DNA of 64,000 nt from Auanema rhodensis (taxonomy: Eukaryota > Animalia > Nematoda). The stretch spans positions 16,926,001 to 16,990,000 of the forward strand of contig OZ059897.1 of assembly GCA_964057225.1 (NCBI GenBank), read 5' to 3'. A program made the position numbers and the translations under genes. Shown piece after piece: positions 1-13,893 of this stretch. A model generated the notes under the pieces. That model was not told where the DNA came from, made no database searches, and was given only the letters and a program-made list of their open reading frames with translations. Positions within the stretch are counted from its first letter, which is position 1. Every line of letters starts with the position of its first letter.

Positions 1-818
1 GAAATACTGTATTTAACAGAAAATTTGAATATTTATAACTTCTTCTTATCTTATACCAAAATATTTGAACATAAAATTACTTATTTGCATTATTATTGAA
101 AATTATATAATTTCAGTATAAATATTTTCTTTTATATATCATGTATTATTCTTATACTATTATATGTTATTAGAGATTCTTTGCGTCATTCGTAAGGTTA
201 ATGTTCTTCCTGTTTAGTATATGCTATCTTTAAAGGCAAATCTAATGTTTATAGAAAAACTTTTTGTCAAACAAAAAATTGAAGATGTAAAATACAATAT
301 TTGAGTATTCTAATAAAACTTGAACTTGCATGAATATTACTTTTTTTATTACAATACAAAACAATATTGAAAGCATTTTAAATTATAAAACATATATGGT
401 ATGAAAGACCAACATCATAATAATATGAATTCAAAGAATAATCAAAACCCAAACAATAATAAATTAACTTCAAGCCAAACTAAAACATTAAATATATCTT
501 TCTATTTCAAAATAAATTAAAGGATTTTTAATGTATTCAAGGTATATAAAATATAATAAAAACTATACAGTGTAGTAATCTAACGTAGGTTTTAATACAT
601 ATGTTTTTTTCTCTTATTTATATAGACCATAAATATTTACTTCCGTTAAAATAACCGTTGAATAAGTGCAACAGACCATCATTAACAAATGGCGCTCTAA
701 CTCGAACGCGCTCCAATAATAATTTGTAGATGCAAGTTTGTTCATAAACCATAAAGCTTTTTTTGTTTTGGATTTTAGCTTATATGTACATATATTGTTA
801 TTTTTTCTTTAGGTAGGA

Positions 819-2936
819 ATGGATTCCATCTTGGAAACTCAAAGAAAACTTCATGAGGAACGTGAACGTTTAATTGATACGATCGTGAAAGAGGTTTTTG
901 AAATGTTTTGAATTCTATTTTTTTGTTGGGTTATAGATCATGTCTGAAAAAAGAACACACAAGGCAAAAATTAATTCTGAGCACAGAGTCCGTGCATTAC
1001 TTAATGTACGTTAAATTAACTTTTTTTGTTTCATCATTGGTCCATTTTCAGCGTTACAACGAATCTACAGAAGAGCTTGCCAAAATATATACAGATGAAG
1101 ATCGTTCTAGGGAAAGAGAAATTGAGGCTGTTAGTGGTCCAAATGAGTTTGCCGAATATTATTCTCGTCTGAAAACCTTAAGAGAAGCTCATAGAAGAAA
1201 TCCCGATGAGGTATTTTTTTGTGCTTATTCCCTATTAAAGTTTTGTGTTTCAGTTGGCGGAGCCTCTTTCGCTTGAATTCCAAAAGATGGTGGAAGAAAT
1301 TAATGATCCAGAGAGAGAAGAACACGATATTATCGAGTTCACAGATGAAGAAGGATATGGAAGGTTCTTTAATCTTATTTATTGTTTTAATTTTTTTGTA
1401 TTAAGATTTTTGGATTTACATACCATATATGCAGATTATATCAATCTAAAAGGAATAAAGGTATATTATCAACGAAAATCAATTTAAACGTCAATTTCAT
1501 TTTAAGAGAGTTGATTATATCGCCTATCTGAGCATTATCGATAAATTCAATGATATCCAACGCACTTCAACCAAGAAAACTGGGGCATATAAAGATTACT
1601 TGATTAAACTGAAGGTATTTTAATGGTTGCGAATCTATATTTATTTCTAATTTCAGAGCTACATGGTAACTTTCATAAATCGTACTCGACCAATGTTTGA
1701 TCTTGAAGAAGAACTCACTAAAGTAAAGATCTTTGTGTAGCTTGTGTATTGTATTTTCTTTTCTAGAATTCATTAGAGGTTGAGAAAGCTCTTGCTGATG
1801 GTTCTTTGCAAGGATGGAGCACTGAAAAAGCAGCTGGGGCACAGGTACAATCAGTCGTATTTCTAATCGAATCATTTTTAATTTTTTAAGCCATCTGCTA
1901 TCGATCTTTCAAAATATAACAGTGCTCAAGAATTGGAAGGCTTAGGTTTAGAACGTTTGAAAAGTGCTCTTTTGGCTTTGCAGTTGAAATGTGGAGGGTA
2001 ATTAGTATATTCTTTTTTACTTGTATTGATCTATGTTTATTTAGTACACTGAAAGAACGTGCAGAGAGATTGTACGCGACTAAGGGACATAAGTTGAGCG
2101 ACTTGGAAATGGGGATACATGCTAAGAAAGGAGACGAAGAAAGAAAAGAACAAGAGAGGACCAAGTTTTTAGCGAAATTGGAAGGAAATATAAAATGGTT
2201 TAGTTTTATTTAAATTTTCATTCTTCATTAATGTGTATATTTTAAGTATGTGTAACTTATTGTCTACTGAGTTAGAAGACACAAGAGAAAATGTAGAGCG
2301 TAAGCAAACACGTGCAGCAGGAGAAGTTGAAGAAGAAGAAGAAGAAGTTGAGGTATGGGTTTATAGTAAATCATATCTATAGTTTATTCCACCCAGGTTG
2401 TTAGTGAAGAGGAAGACACTGATGGAATTCCATATAATCCCAAAAACTTGCCACTTGGGTATGTTAATTATAAAATTACAAACTGACAATATTTTTTTAG
2501 TTGGGACGGTAGGCCAATTCCATATTGGTTATATAAACTTCATGGGCTCAATTTGTCATATGCATGTGAAATTTGTGGTAATCAGACATACAAAGGACCT
2601 AAAGCTTTCCAGAAACATTTTAACGTAATCTGATTAATCTTCGTTTTTATTGTTTTATGTTATTATTCAGGAATGGCGTCATTCTCATGGCATGCGTTGT
2701 TTGGGAATACCGAATACAGCACACTTTGCAAATATAACTAAGATTGAAGATGCTTTGGATTTATGGGCTAAAATTAAGACTGAAAGAGTATGTATAGTTT
2801 AATATCAGTGAATATGATTGGAATTTAGGAATTAATGAAATGGAACCCAGAAATGGACGAGGAGTTCGAGGATTCTGCTGGTAATGTCGTAAACAAAAAA
2901 ATGTATGAAGACTTGAAAAGGCAAGGACTTCTTTGA
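819..2936 (+). CDS. SF3A3: Splicing factor 3A subunit 3 (SF3a60/PRP9), multi-exon
   Basis: Spliced translation starts [18 protein letters not shown] and contains [53 protein letters not shown] and the zinc finger [34 protein letters not shown]. It ends [10 protein letters not shown] at 2934-2936. Confidence 0.97.
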
Positions 2937-3394
2937 TTGTTTCATCTCTATACTCTACTGTTAATTTTTATTGTTCTAAATTGGTCTCACGATTATTTCA
3001 CACTTCAACTGAATAAATTAATTCCTTTGTTACACTTGTTGACTACAATGAAATAATTACTCCTAATCTACTATGTATGTTACTGTTAAGAAATATTTAT
3101 TGAATTTAAGAAAAAAAACTTTATATAGAACCTGTAAGCTCTCAGGACCGATATTCAAAAATAAATGAAGCAAGTGCCCTAGTACACAATAGAAAGTAAG
3201 AGGATTATGCAACTAATTTGTTAGCAATATCATAGTAAATACCTAGGTTATATTGAGAGAGTATAAGATGAATAATTCAAAATTAAACAAATGTATATTA
3301 TTATGACTAATACAATAGCACCCAAAAACAAAAAAAAAGATTTGTAAATAAAATGAAAAATATAAACTATACAGCTATGCTAAATTATTACTTC

Positions 3395-5543
3395 TCATAA
3401 TATAAATAATAAAAACATGTACATTAATGAAACATTAATTCCGAATGATGACCCCAAAATACTACTCTTTTGAAGATTATTTCGTTGAGTTCCGGATTCC
3501 ATGTCTGATACTGAATATTCCGAATATGTTAACTTATCGTTTCTTTCATCATCTGTGTAATCATTATCTTCCATATCATTTTCAGTATCATCAATTTCTG
3601 CACCGTCATATGCTACGGGATCATTGTATCCTGAAAACCCACAACTTAAGAAGAAAATGAAAACCGATCTTACCAGCACCCTCAGCTTCCTCGGAAAACC
3701 CACCAACAGGATCTGGAGATAAATTATATATGGTCTTTGAAGGATATTCGCGAGGTAGCTCCTTGTCAATTTCAGCTTTGGACAGTATTGGTCGTTTATG
3801 AACCTAAAAGAATTAAAAGCTATGTCTTTTTTTCCATCCTAAACCTCAGAAATATCGTTTACTAAAGGCTGTCCATCTATTAGGTCGGTAGAAGATGATG
3901 ATGGTAAAATTCCTGAACTGTAAAATTAGAAACGATTGGCATTGAAGCGAACCGGTTGGCATTCTCTTGAGTAGTCTATTTCGAGTCTCTACGAACGTTT
4001 TACTAGTAAGATAGATAGCTTCGATATCATCGATAGCTGGACCCAAGTGTAATTTGTAAAGAGAACCTAAACACAATGTTCAAATTAATAAATCAGCATA
4101 GAGATCTAACCCATTTCATTTTCCATGATTTCTTTAGCATGAGTAATTCGATGTACATGAGATTGATCCGGATAAACAACATGGCAAGCTGTGGTTAATC
4201 GTTCACCAGCCCAATTGACAATTCCCCCAAGCATAACTTCACAGTAAAATGTTTGAGCTGTCTAAATAATATGTTCAGAAAGAGCAATCAATAAAACAGC
4301 ACCTTCTTATCCCAATTACGCTTAATTTCTTCATTGACAAAATTCTGGAAAGCTGAATTACTGACACTGAACCCTTGTGATCTCAGGCGATAAAATCTAA
4401 GATTATTGCTAAAGAAATAACATGCAAAATATTATTTACTCATAAAGTTTAGCAGTGCCATTATGCGCCCAACTATCCCAGTGTTCTTCATCACCAGGAC
4501 TTATTCTTCTTTCACAAATATCTGTATAACCTCGTCCAGTCATATCAATTAGTTTCTATAAGATAATCCAGAAAACGTTATTTAGAGAAAAAAGTTAATG
4601 AAGTTTAATACAAACGTACAATTTTGCCTGCTTGGTTATCATAAATTGCCATTGATTCTACACTATATGTAAAATACTCAGGAGGTTGACCAAGTGAAGA
4701 ACCCCATTCAAATAAATATAAAGGCTCTGCTCGAACAACATCAATTGAACTAGAAGAAATACGCTTAGTTATGGAAATACTGGACGACATGTTATCACTT
4801 AAGCAACAACGCTACTTTATATGAATAATAAACCTGTTAGCTGATGCGTCTCCAATTTCCAGACGATATGCTGATTTGCTTCCATGTTCAAGGGGAAACA
4901 GCGCACACGATTTCGCTTGGAACTTCTCAATGCAGGCCGAGTAAAGCTATACTGTGTAAAATAAGAGAAAGATATATAAAAAATCTGAACCTTTTCTAAT
5001 GGACAACTTGTTTCAGCTGAAATACTGACAGGCCTGCCCCTCTGAACTGTTCGCCAGATTGCTTGTCCTGTAGCTAAGAAAGAGCAATTATGTGAGTCCA
5101 TCCATCGAATAACGTCATCTATCTTAAATCAAAATATAAACCATAAGTACTAACAATATGACACAAACTGTTATAGTTGGTGATTGAGCACTTAGTCCGC
5201 GTACTGGCAAACTCTTCAACCAAGACCATTGATACTCAAGTCCTTTTGAAGAAAAAATCTAAATATTTTTTTTCTGGTGACTTTATTTGAATAAAACAAA
5301 CCTTTGGACTAAAATCTTCCCTCATCCATGGCCTTTTTAAATGTGAATATTTTCTGGCAAATTTTATACTATCCAAATCTGACACCTGAAAATTAATAAC
5401 AATGTAAGAACAATTAAGAATATGATAACCTGTTGAGCATCTAAACATGGATCTTCATCTAACATAGAGCGTGCTTGCCTTTTCGAACATGTTGCAACAA
5501 TAATAGTGTATAGTATGGATATTGATACGAGTAATCTACCCAT
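3395..5543 (-). CDS. Secreted, probably GPI-anchored protein with a degenerate class II nucleotidyltransferase (PolyA_pol/CCA-like) domain, multi-exon
   Basis: The spliced frame is open from the signal-like MGRLLVSISILYTIIVATCS to the hydrophobic tail SSFGINVSLMYMFLLFIL*. Internal FLATGQAIWRTVQRGRPVSISAET, EYFTYSVESMAIYD..KLIDMTGRGYTDICERRI and KLYEFYRLRSQGF line up with class II NTase motifs. The gene structure is solid; the fold call is by eye. Confidence 0.7.
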
Positions 5544-7492
5544 ATTCTTAAAGTGAAATAAAAAATTTGCATAAATTAATTTTAACGCTAGAGCATGTTT
5601 ATCAAATTATCATGAAGGAAGTAAATTAATTTCAGAAACTTAAATAATAATAGTTATTTTTATAATTTTAGTATGAAATTTAGTTTGATTGTGAAATAAA
5701 AATTCAATGGAATTTTACGTTATTTTTTCAAATATTTAAAAATGAATTGAGAGCAAGGTGTAAATAGAACACGTTAGTTAGCACAAGATATTTTGAACTT
5801 TCTTGTAGAAAGCAAAACTCTATTTGACACTTGTCAAAAAGCGATAAGTTGAAGAAAATAAGAAACATAAGAAACCAAAGTTTTGAAAATGATTTTCCAA
5901 ACTTGAACTCTGAAAAATATAAATTGAATTTGTTAATATAAAAAAAAACATCGTTTCTAGATTGAACAAGTTTGGTTTCTATACAAAAAATGGCGTTGTT
6001 TAGCTTGCCAGCTGTTAGTCCTTCCGTTTATTAGGTAGTAGGCTTTCTTTAAAAGGATTTATTCGAAACTGGGCTCATAGGCTGTGGAATGATGCTTTTT
6101 GGATTCCGTAGAGAAGTAGAAGGACTGGAAGATTGATATCCTAACAAGTAAACAGCATGTCAAATTGCATTTTTATTTCGAAAACAGGGAAAAGTTTGTA
6201 TGTTCGTCTCTTTTTAGTCAAAAGGAATATTTAAAAATTCATTAGAACTTTGATACTTCAAAAAATCTGGTTTCAATAAGAAGTCGAATGGTTGCAAATA
6301 ACATAATTTTTTTTTATTCGAAATTCTAAAGCAAAAATTTAAGAAAATATCAAATAGTTCAAAAAAATTGAATAATGATTGCTCATGATGACATAAAGAG
6401 CAAATGTTCAAATGACTAATTCATAAATTTGATTGGTGTTCTCTATATGTCAGATTAAAAGGCGATCAGTAGCTGTGAGTATCTAACTTTAATAAAATAA
6501 AAGATAAAATATTAAAAAAAATTGAACTGAAAAGAAAACATATATGAATGTCAAAGATATTTCCAATACATCTTCCTTTATATTATCTTCTCATATGCTT
6601 TTTTTTGTTGTTAATTGTTCAAAGGCAGCAAGTTTGAAAAGGAAATAGCTGTTAGAATGAACAATAACTACGCTCTTCTTGAAAACTCAATGTTTTCTAT
6701 TAATGGACACTAATTTTAAAGGATAGATCTAGAGACCACCAAAATAGCATAACGACAACGAAAATTTATGTGAAAATTAGTCGCCTATAGCTTAAATGAA
6801 ATTTTCTGACCAGTTATATAAATTTAATGGTGAAAATATCCGAAAAAAGCTTATGTAATATAAGTAAAATAGTATAGAGGGTAGAATAAAAGGTAAAATA
6901 ATAAAAAAATATTGAAAGTCAACCGATTAACGTTTGTAGAAAAATAAAATGACGATCAAGATTTATTTCAGATTTTGATACGTGAGCAACACGTGAAGTC
7001 ATATTTGAAAATTTGGCTATGACTGATTGACGATGCCAGATATTCCACTAAAATATTCTTTGAATGTCTATGACATAAAGTCGGAATGAGATGAGACAAG
7101 TGACCCTCCCAATATCCCAACTAGCCTATGCGGAAAAAGGCATCTGAAATGGGCTATGAACAAGTAATCAGTTGGCATCTTCATCTAAAAGATGAAACGA
7201 CCAAATAAGAAAAGAACGATGGCTGAAGACGAAAAGAAGGAACACGAAGAATAAGAAGTATACTACTCACAAAATATTATTGAGAGAAAATTAAGAATAA
7301 CTATAACATAATGTTGAGAAGATATAGTACATATAAGTTAATTAGTTAGGTTTTTAATGTCTGCGATAGTCTTATCCTTCCCTGTTCTCTCTTAGTCAAT
7401 GCTCGATGAACTAGCAACTAGTAAGCTTGAGACATGCATGTTTCATTCTAACATACATGTATGTGCTTCTTTGTCGTTTTATCTTATGGTCA

Positions 7493-7514
7493 TATATATA
7501 TATATATATATATA
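7493..7514. repeat. (TA)n microsatellite
   Basis: Uninterrupted TA run. Confidence 0.9.
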
Positions 7515-10500
7515 TGGACATCTTGTTTCTCTTTTGCTCATCATCAATGACGAAGAGGAAAACGAGAAGAGAACGACGATGAGAACGACAACGAAGTCTA
7601 AAATGATGATCAGAAAATGAAAGAAGACAAAGAATTTGAAGATGCTTATTTCTCATTTTCATACATAACATACATTAGATTCTCAGAAATGTATAAGAAT
7701 GTTCATAATATATTTAAATAAATTTCGAATTAAATCATTTTATATTTTTGGATCATGGAAAAAAAAGATAAATTATTCGTTATTGTAAACATGAATAATA
7801 TTATTTTTAGTTAACTTCAGTAATTTTTCAACTTTTTTTAAATTTGACACACATTTATTACAAAATTATCTTCCGATTCTAGCTTGATATATACGTTTTC
7901 TTATGCTTTTTGATAGTTATTTACGCCAAGATCTAGTTTTTTTCAGAAATGTTACTAATATGATCAGAATAAATTCATTAAATTCTATTTTTAAAATTAA
8001 ATTAAATTTTAATGATATAAATAGAATGGTGGATGTGATTTGCATGATGAGTTGACATGTATAATCTAATGGATGATGTTATGACAAAATTACTATCTTA
8101 TAGTACAATTTGATATTTATGCATATATACATACATATAGATAGATAGACAGATGTATATAAATGGATCTGTTTAAAGTTCTTTATATATCGTAAAATAT
8201 AGAGAAAATAAGAAAACAAAAAGGCGAAAAAGACTCAAAAAACTCATTTTTCTTATCACTTTTTGTGGCTTTATAGCTGGCTTAGAGTTTAGTTGAAGAA
8301 TGTTTTTGTTTCTTTTCTTGGAGCCATCGATTGAAAATAGTTATAAGTTGACTCATTGTCGAAATATTCAGTAAAATAATTATTTATTTTGTAAAAAAAA
8401 ATGAAATTAATTATAAGAAATGTGAAAGAAAAATAAATTTGTATGTTTGAAAAGATGAAATAAATTAATTTTACATATAAGTAAAGCAAGTAGTTTAAAT
8501 GGTTTTCAAGAAAAAAAGAAAAAAGGAACAGAGGAAAAGATAAGAATAGAATGCAACTTAAACTCATCTTGAAATGATTCAAACATATATGAAAAAAAAA
8601 GAAACTGAATCTATGCATTAGTATGTTTTTCTCTTGATAGGTCTTCCGGGACAATCGTTTTTGAAAAGCTTAGACGACGAGACTTCTATTTGAACTAAGA
8701 AAAAGGAAGAGCAGAGCTGAAAGAAAGAAGGGAATGACAAGAAAGCAGATAATGTGCTTTTCCAAAAAAAATATGTCCGGAAATTCGTTTTCTATTTTTT
8801 TTGAATTGAACATCAGATAATGCCGACAACTACGGTCACTGCGTCAAAGATGCTACCGAGGGATATGGAGATGCATGATGTCAGAAAGTTGACGACTACA
8901 AATTGAAGCATACAAGTAGTGAAATACGTTTGAAACAGCAAAAAAAGCAATGTTTGGATAATTTTCTGTAAATAGTAAATATTTTAAAGCTAATAAATAC
9001 ATAGATAATATATAAAATAACATTACGTCACAACTGACGCATACTCCGGATGAGTGAGCTTACAAAGTCTAAAAATGAACTCCGAATGGAAAGTCAGGAG
9101 TTTTCCGGTGCTAAATATCTGAGCTCAGTCAAGCCGAAAACAAAAAGCGGAATTGAGTAGGTTGAAAAATCTCGATGCTTGTCATGTAAAGTGAATGATG
9201 AATGAATTATAAAAAAAAACATAATAACAATGAAAGAGGTTAATATTTAAAAACCATTTAATCGTAAAAATATTTCAAACTGCCTAATATGGTCAACAAT
9301 ATTGGAAATATTCCTAAGGATATCAAAAAATCGGCGTACGGAATTTTTCTCCCGGAATTTCGATTCCTAATTTGAATTGACCGGATATTTTGGCTTCCGT
9401 TAGAACCAAGAAAACTTGAAAACTTAAAGCTTTATAGAGCATTTTGCAGCTCGTATGCAAAAAAAAGTAAAAATAGTTTAAAAGATCAAAATAGTTCAAT
9501 ATATATAGAATATACTACATAATATATTTATTTAATTGAATCTTTAGTGTTGTAATATAAGAAAAATACTTGGTTTTGAATATTAAAATCACATTTTGAA
9601 GTTATTGAGAAGCATTAAATGATTGTTTTTTCATTCTTTTAAACTAAAAGTTTAACGTTATGAAAATGTATTATTTGAAAGCAAATTTTCATATGTTATG
9701 TTACTAATCTTTTTCTTTTTAATCTATTCATGCTTTATGTCTCAAAACTTTGATGAGTGAAGTTGGAAAAGTAACTTTGAAAAATTTGACAGCTAGTTCA
9801 ACACTAATAACTTGCAAAATGTTGAAAGAAAAAAAAACAATTAATTTATTAAAAATTTTAAAAAATTTAAAAATTGACTGAAAATTCTTACCTAAATCCA
9901 TTCAATGGTGTATGGAACTGACAACTTTAATTCTAAACAACTCTTCTTTTTTGTTTTTTTGTTTTGTTTTAAAAACAAATTAAATATACAGAAGAGTAGC
10001 CATTCTGTCTAAAGTTGAAATTCCAAAATTCGCAGATATCCTGCTGCTATTACCTCTTCCTCTTTCGTTCTGTCTATTCTCACCCATAATTTCTCTTTTA
10101 CTCTCTTTACTACATTTCATTCTTTTCTCTTATTCACTCTATTTCTATAATTCTCTCTCTCTCTCTCTCCTTTTCACACACACTCCCTCTATCTCTTCTA
10201 AATAGCTAACTGGAAACTATAAAGCTTTCAACCTGCCAATAATACCGAGTCAAGACATAATGTATATTCATAATGATTCAGAATATATATATATAACCTT
10301 AATATCTAGTTTGTTTTCATAATGTCAGAATATGGATTTTTCAAATGAAATTTATATTCTTATTAAATATTTTTAAAATGTATTTTAATATTTGGATGCT
10401 CAATAATATTATAAAATATTTTTAGTTCATTTTTAATGTTTAAGTAAGATTAATTTTTCTTTTTTTTAGAATCTGAATAGATTGAAGAAATTCTTCTATG

Positions 10501-11089
10501 AATTAACTAGGTGAATTTGAAATTGAATTCTCTTTAGAAACCGTGAGAAAAATTGTTTTGAAGTAAAAGTCTCTTTCGGGATTTTGATTGAAGTTAAGGA
10601 AATAAAGTTTTCAGTGATTGTGGACTGCTTATCATCTAGATGCCAACTGTTCTGATATTTTTTTATTCAATTTTTGCACTTTCTGCAACAAAAGCTAATT
10701 TTATCTGAAATAGATAGAAAAGAAAGATGATTGTACAATTAAAAACAGCAAATTCTTAAAACTTACAAATTTTTCTAAAAAAAGAAAAAATAATTTAATT
10801 ATAAAATTTATTATTAATGTTTATATTTGAAAATTATATATTTCATAAAAGTTAAAATAAAATTTATAATAATTAACTATCAATCATGATATCATTACTA
10901 GATTTATTGTTTATTTTAGATGAAATATCAAAGATTATTTATTATTATTTGGTTCAATGTTGCAACATTTTCATTTTTATGATTCAATTTCAAACAAATG
11001 TCCTAAAGATTATAAATATTTTAAATTAAGAGATATAAAAACTGAATAAACTTCATGAATTTTTATTAAATTAATATAATAATTAATTT

Positions 11090-13190
11090 TTATAATCTGC
11101 TTATCTTATATGGCATAGTTGTTCGATTACTTAATTCTTTCCGAGCACATTCCTTTTGTAAATTAACTGGCATGAAAGGCTGACTTCTCTTGATGAATGT
11201 CTGAAAAGAAAGAAAAAAAACGATCAAAAAAAGTTATTTTTGGTAAAAAAGAAAAAAAGAAAATTTAGCTGAAGATTGAATACAAACTTTCAAAGTGCAG
11301 AATTCGTTATTATCTGGACAACCTTTGGTTAAATGAGTAATTACATGATAATTATGATGGAAAGCGCCATGGAATAAAATCTGAAATTCAAAAAAAAACT
11401 TTAATAAGTTGTTCTAGTAAATAGAAAAACTAAAAATCAAATATATTACTCGAATAGCTGGTCCTTCATGACGTCCTAAATGCCAAAGTTCTATGGCAAC
11501 AGAAGCAGTGTACTTAGGAAGTCCGCCACGAATTACTCTAGTTTCATCTCCTAATGTGGACAACAAGGCTGCGATAGTTGTATCATGCTTAAATAAATAT
11601 TATTATTATTGAATACTTAACTCATATCAGTTTAATACTCTTCGGGAATCAAGCTTAGGCTTATCTAGTTCCTAGAATTCTTGGGGACTTTGGAGAAGAG
11701 TACTTTTTTGGAGGCTTAGGGTAAGCATTTGTTAAAAATTATTGGGCTTTTTCAAAATAATAAATATTTTATAGATAATATAAGTTCAAAAATATTATCA
11801 TTAGAGAATCTTTTACGATAAAATCGATAAGAGCCAATTTTAAAAATATAACTTACAGCAGAATAAGCATGATACTTGAGTGATCCAATCCATTCACATT
11901 CTTCTCCTCGATTATTTTTACGGAAACAATTATATTTATCCAACATTTGATTAATTAAAAACTTAAGCATTGGTCCTTAATATATATTTTTTTATATAAA
12001 TTAAAAGTAAAATCATTATTAACCTCCACGCAATTTAATCATTTCAGGTACATATGGTTCAGAAATACCGTAGGTATAAGCATTAGCAACTTGAGTCAAA
12101 TTACGAAGTTTTGAAACTACAGCTGGAGTTGCCCATTCAGGAAGAGATAAGTTATATATATTCTGGATAATCATTCATTTTTTGATAATTTAAAGAAAAA
12201 AAAAAGTTATACCTCAATATGAATTACATCATTAACAAGATAAACGATTGGTAAATCAATTTTCATTCCAGTTTTATTAGATAAGAAATCCAGGAAATCC
12301 TATTTGATTCAAAAATATTTTTTTTCAAAAATTGATTTCAACCTGATTTTCCTCAACCAATTCATTATATTCTTCACTACTTCTGATAATTTCATCTAAT
12401 TGAACAGCCCGAGGACATGGAGCAAATATATTTCCTTCCTAAAAACCAACATAAACTTAAAGTTAAAACTTTAGACCCAAACATGATCAGTATCAAGATT
12501 GATAGTATGAACTGGAATAGGAGTCCAATTACTTGGCCAGCTATAATTTTATTTTTGAGAATTCTTAGAACAGTTTTGATCTATACCTATCATCTTTTGG
12601 ATAATCAACACCTTGTTGCCCCTGAGGAAACATTCCAGCAATATTAGAATAAGCTGATAACAAAGTTCTATTAACATCAGTTGATCGGATATAAACCTGC
12701 AAAAATAGTTTTTTCTTCATTTTGTGGGCAAAAACTATATAAATTCATTATTAACCTCTTTAGGATTGTATCTTGGATTCAAAAAATTATATTTCCCTCC
12801 CATGTATCGCTTACGAAGAACCTGGCCCAAAGCATATTGTTGCCTCATTCCAAGCTAAAAAATGGATATGAATATAATGTGATTTACAAGAAATCAAGAA
12901 AATCAAAACTTGCAGGTGTAAGTTCACCCCATCCGTTTGGCCAAGTGCCTTCCTGATGAGGATCCAAAGGAAAAGTCATAACGGGAGCACGATCACCATG
13001 CCTCCAAACCTTGAAGAAAATGCTCCAACAGTGGTTTACATTCACAACATACCGTTTGAACAAAGAGAAGTTTCTCTTCTCCTGTCATAACTCTTTCTTT
13101 GAATGGAAAATACGATTTTTCAGGAACAGGTTCATCGGCTATACCGCAGATGACAGCCGGAATGAGAAAAGATAACGCTATGACAATCAT
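11090..13190 (-). CDS. Histidine acid phosphatase (lysosomal/prostatic type, nematode pho family), secreted, multi-exon
   Basis: Signal peptide [16 protein letters not shown] after a TTTCAG acceptor. Catalytic [26 protein letters not shown]-like segment, LRGG and the YSAHDTT proton-donor motif across the intron at ~11590-11855. Ends [20 protein letters not shown]. Confidence 0.93.
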
Positions 13191-13893
13191 CTGAAACAAG
13201 TTATCAGAATAATATGTATAAAGAGTATTATGAAAAGAGAATAAATGAAAGTTTAACTGTGGGAAGATGAGGGGTATCTCAGACTGACCACAAGATGAAA
13301 ATGTTAAAGATGGGATGTACCAGATTCAAGCTGTCTGATGACGATTTGTGTGAAGGATAATTGGCTCATTGGTGTTTTTACAACGACAGCATTAGAAAAA
13401 AAGAAAAATATCGTTTTAATCTTTTCCCTGTGTCTCTTTAATCGTGTTAAGACTAATTAATCAAACAACAATACTCTCCTGGTCAGTTAGCATCTGTCTC
13501 ACACCTGAGGGCCAATATATTAGAAGATTTTCCTATCTCAAAAAAAAAATCTGGTGGACATTAGATGAATAAAGACCTCATCTTGAACCTTAGAGAGACA
13601 GTGGAAATATTAAATTTTTTTTTAATATTTTAAAGTTATTATATTGAATAGAAACTGTATAATACTAAATGTTTTCTGAAAGCAGCCGGAAAAGTTTGAA
13701 AATTTTGTGATCGCAGAAACTTTCTTAAAACCATCAATCGTTACAGCGTTAATGAATCCTATGAGAAAATATAAACTTTTGCTTTTGAGGATGTAAAAAC
13801 ATTACAAATGTTTTTTGAATTTTTCTTCTTTGAAATTGTAAAATATATAATTCAAACTTTTTATTGAAACACAAAAATAACTTTAAATTAAAA

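Noticed and set aside
5990-6141. Exon-like minus-strand segment (YQSSSPSTSLRNPKSIIPQPMSPVSNKSF*)
   Set aside because: It has a plausible acceptor, but I could not connect it to a start codon or upstream exon.
11653-11720. TTAGGC-like telomere motifs
   Set aside because: Only isolated, non-tandem copies; not an interstitial telomere array.
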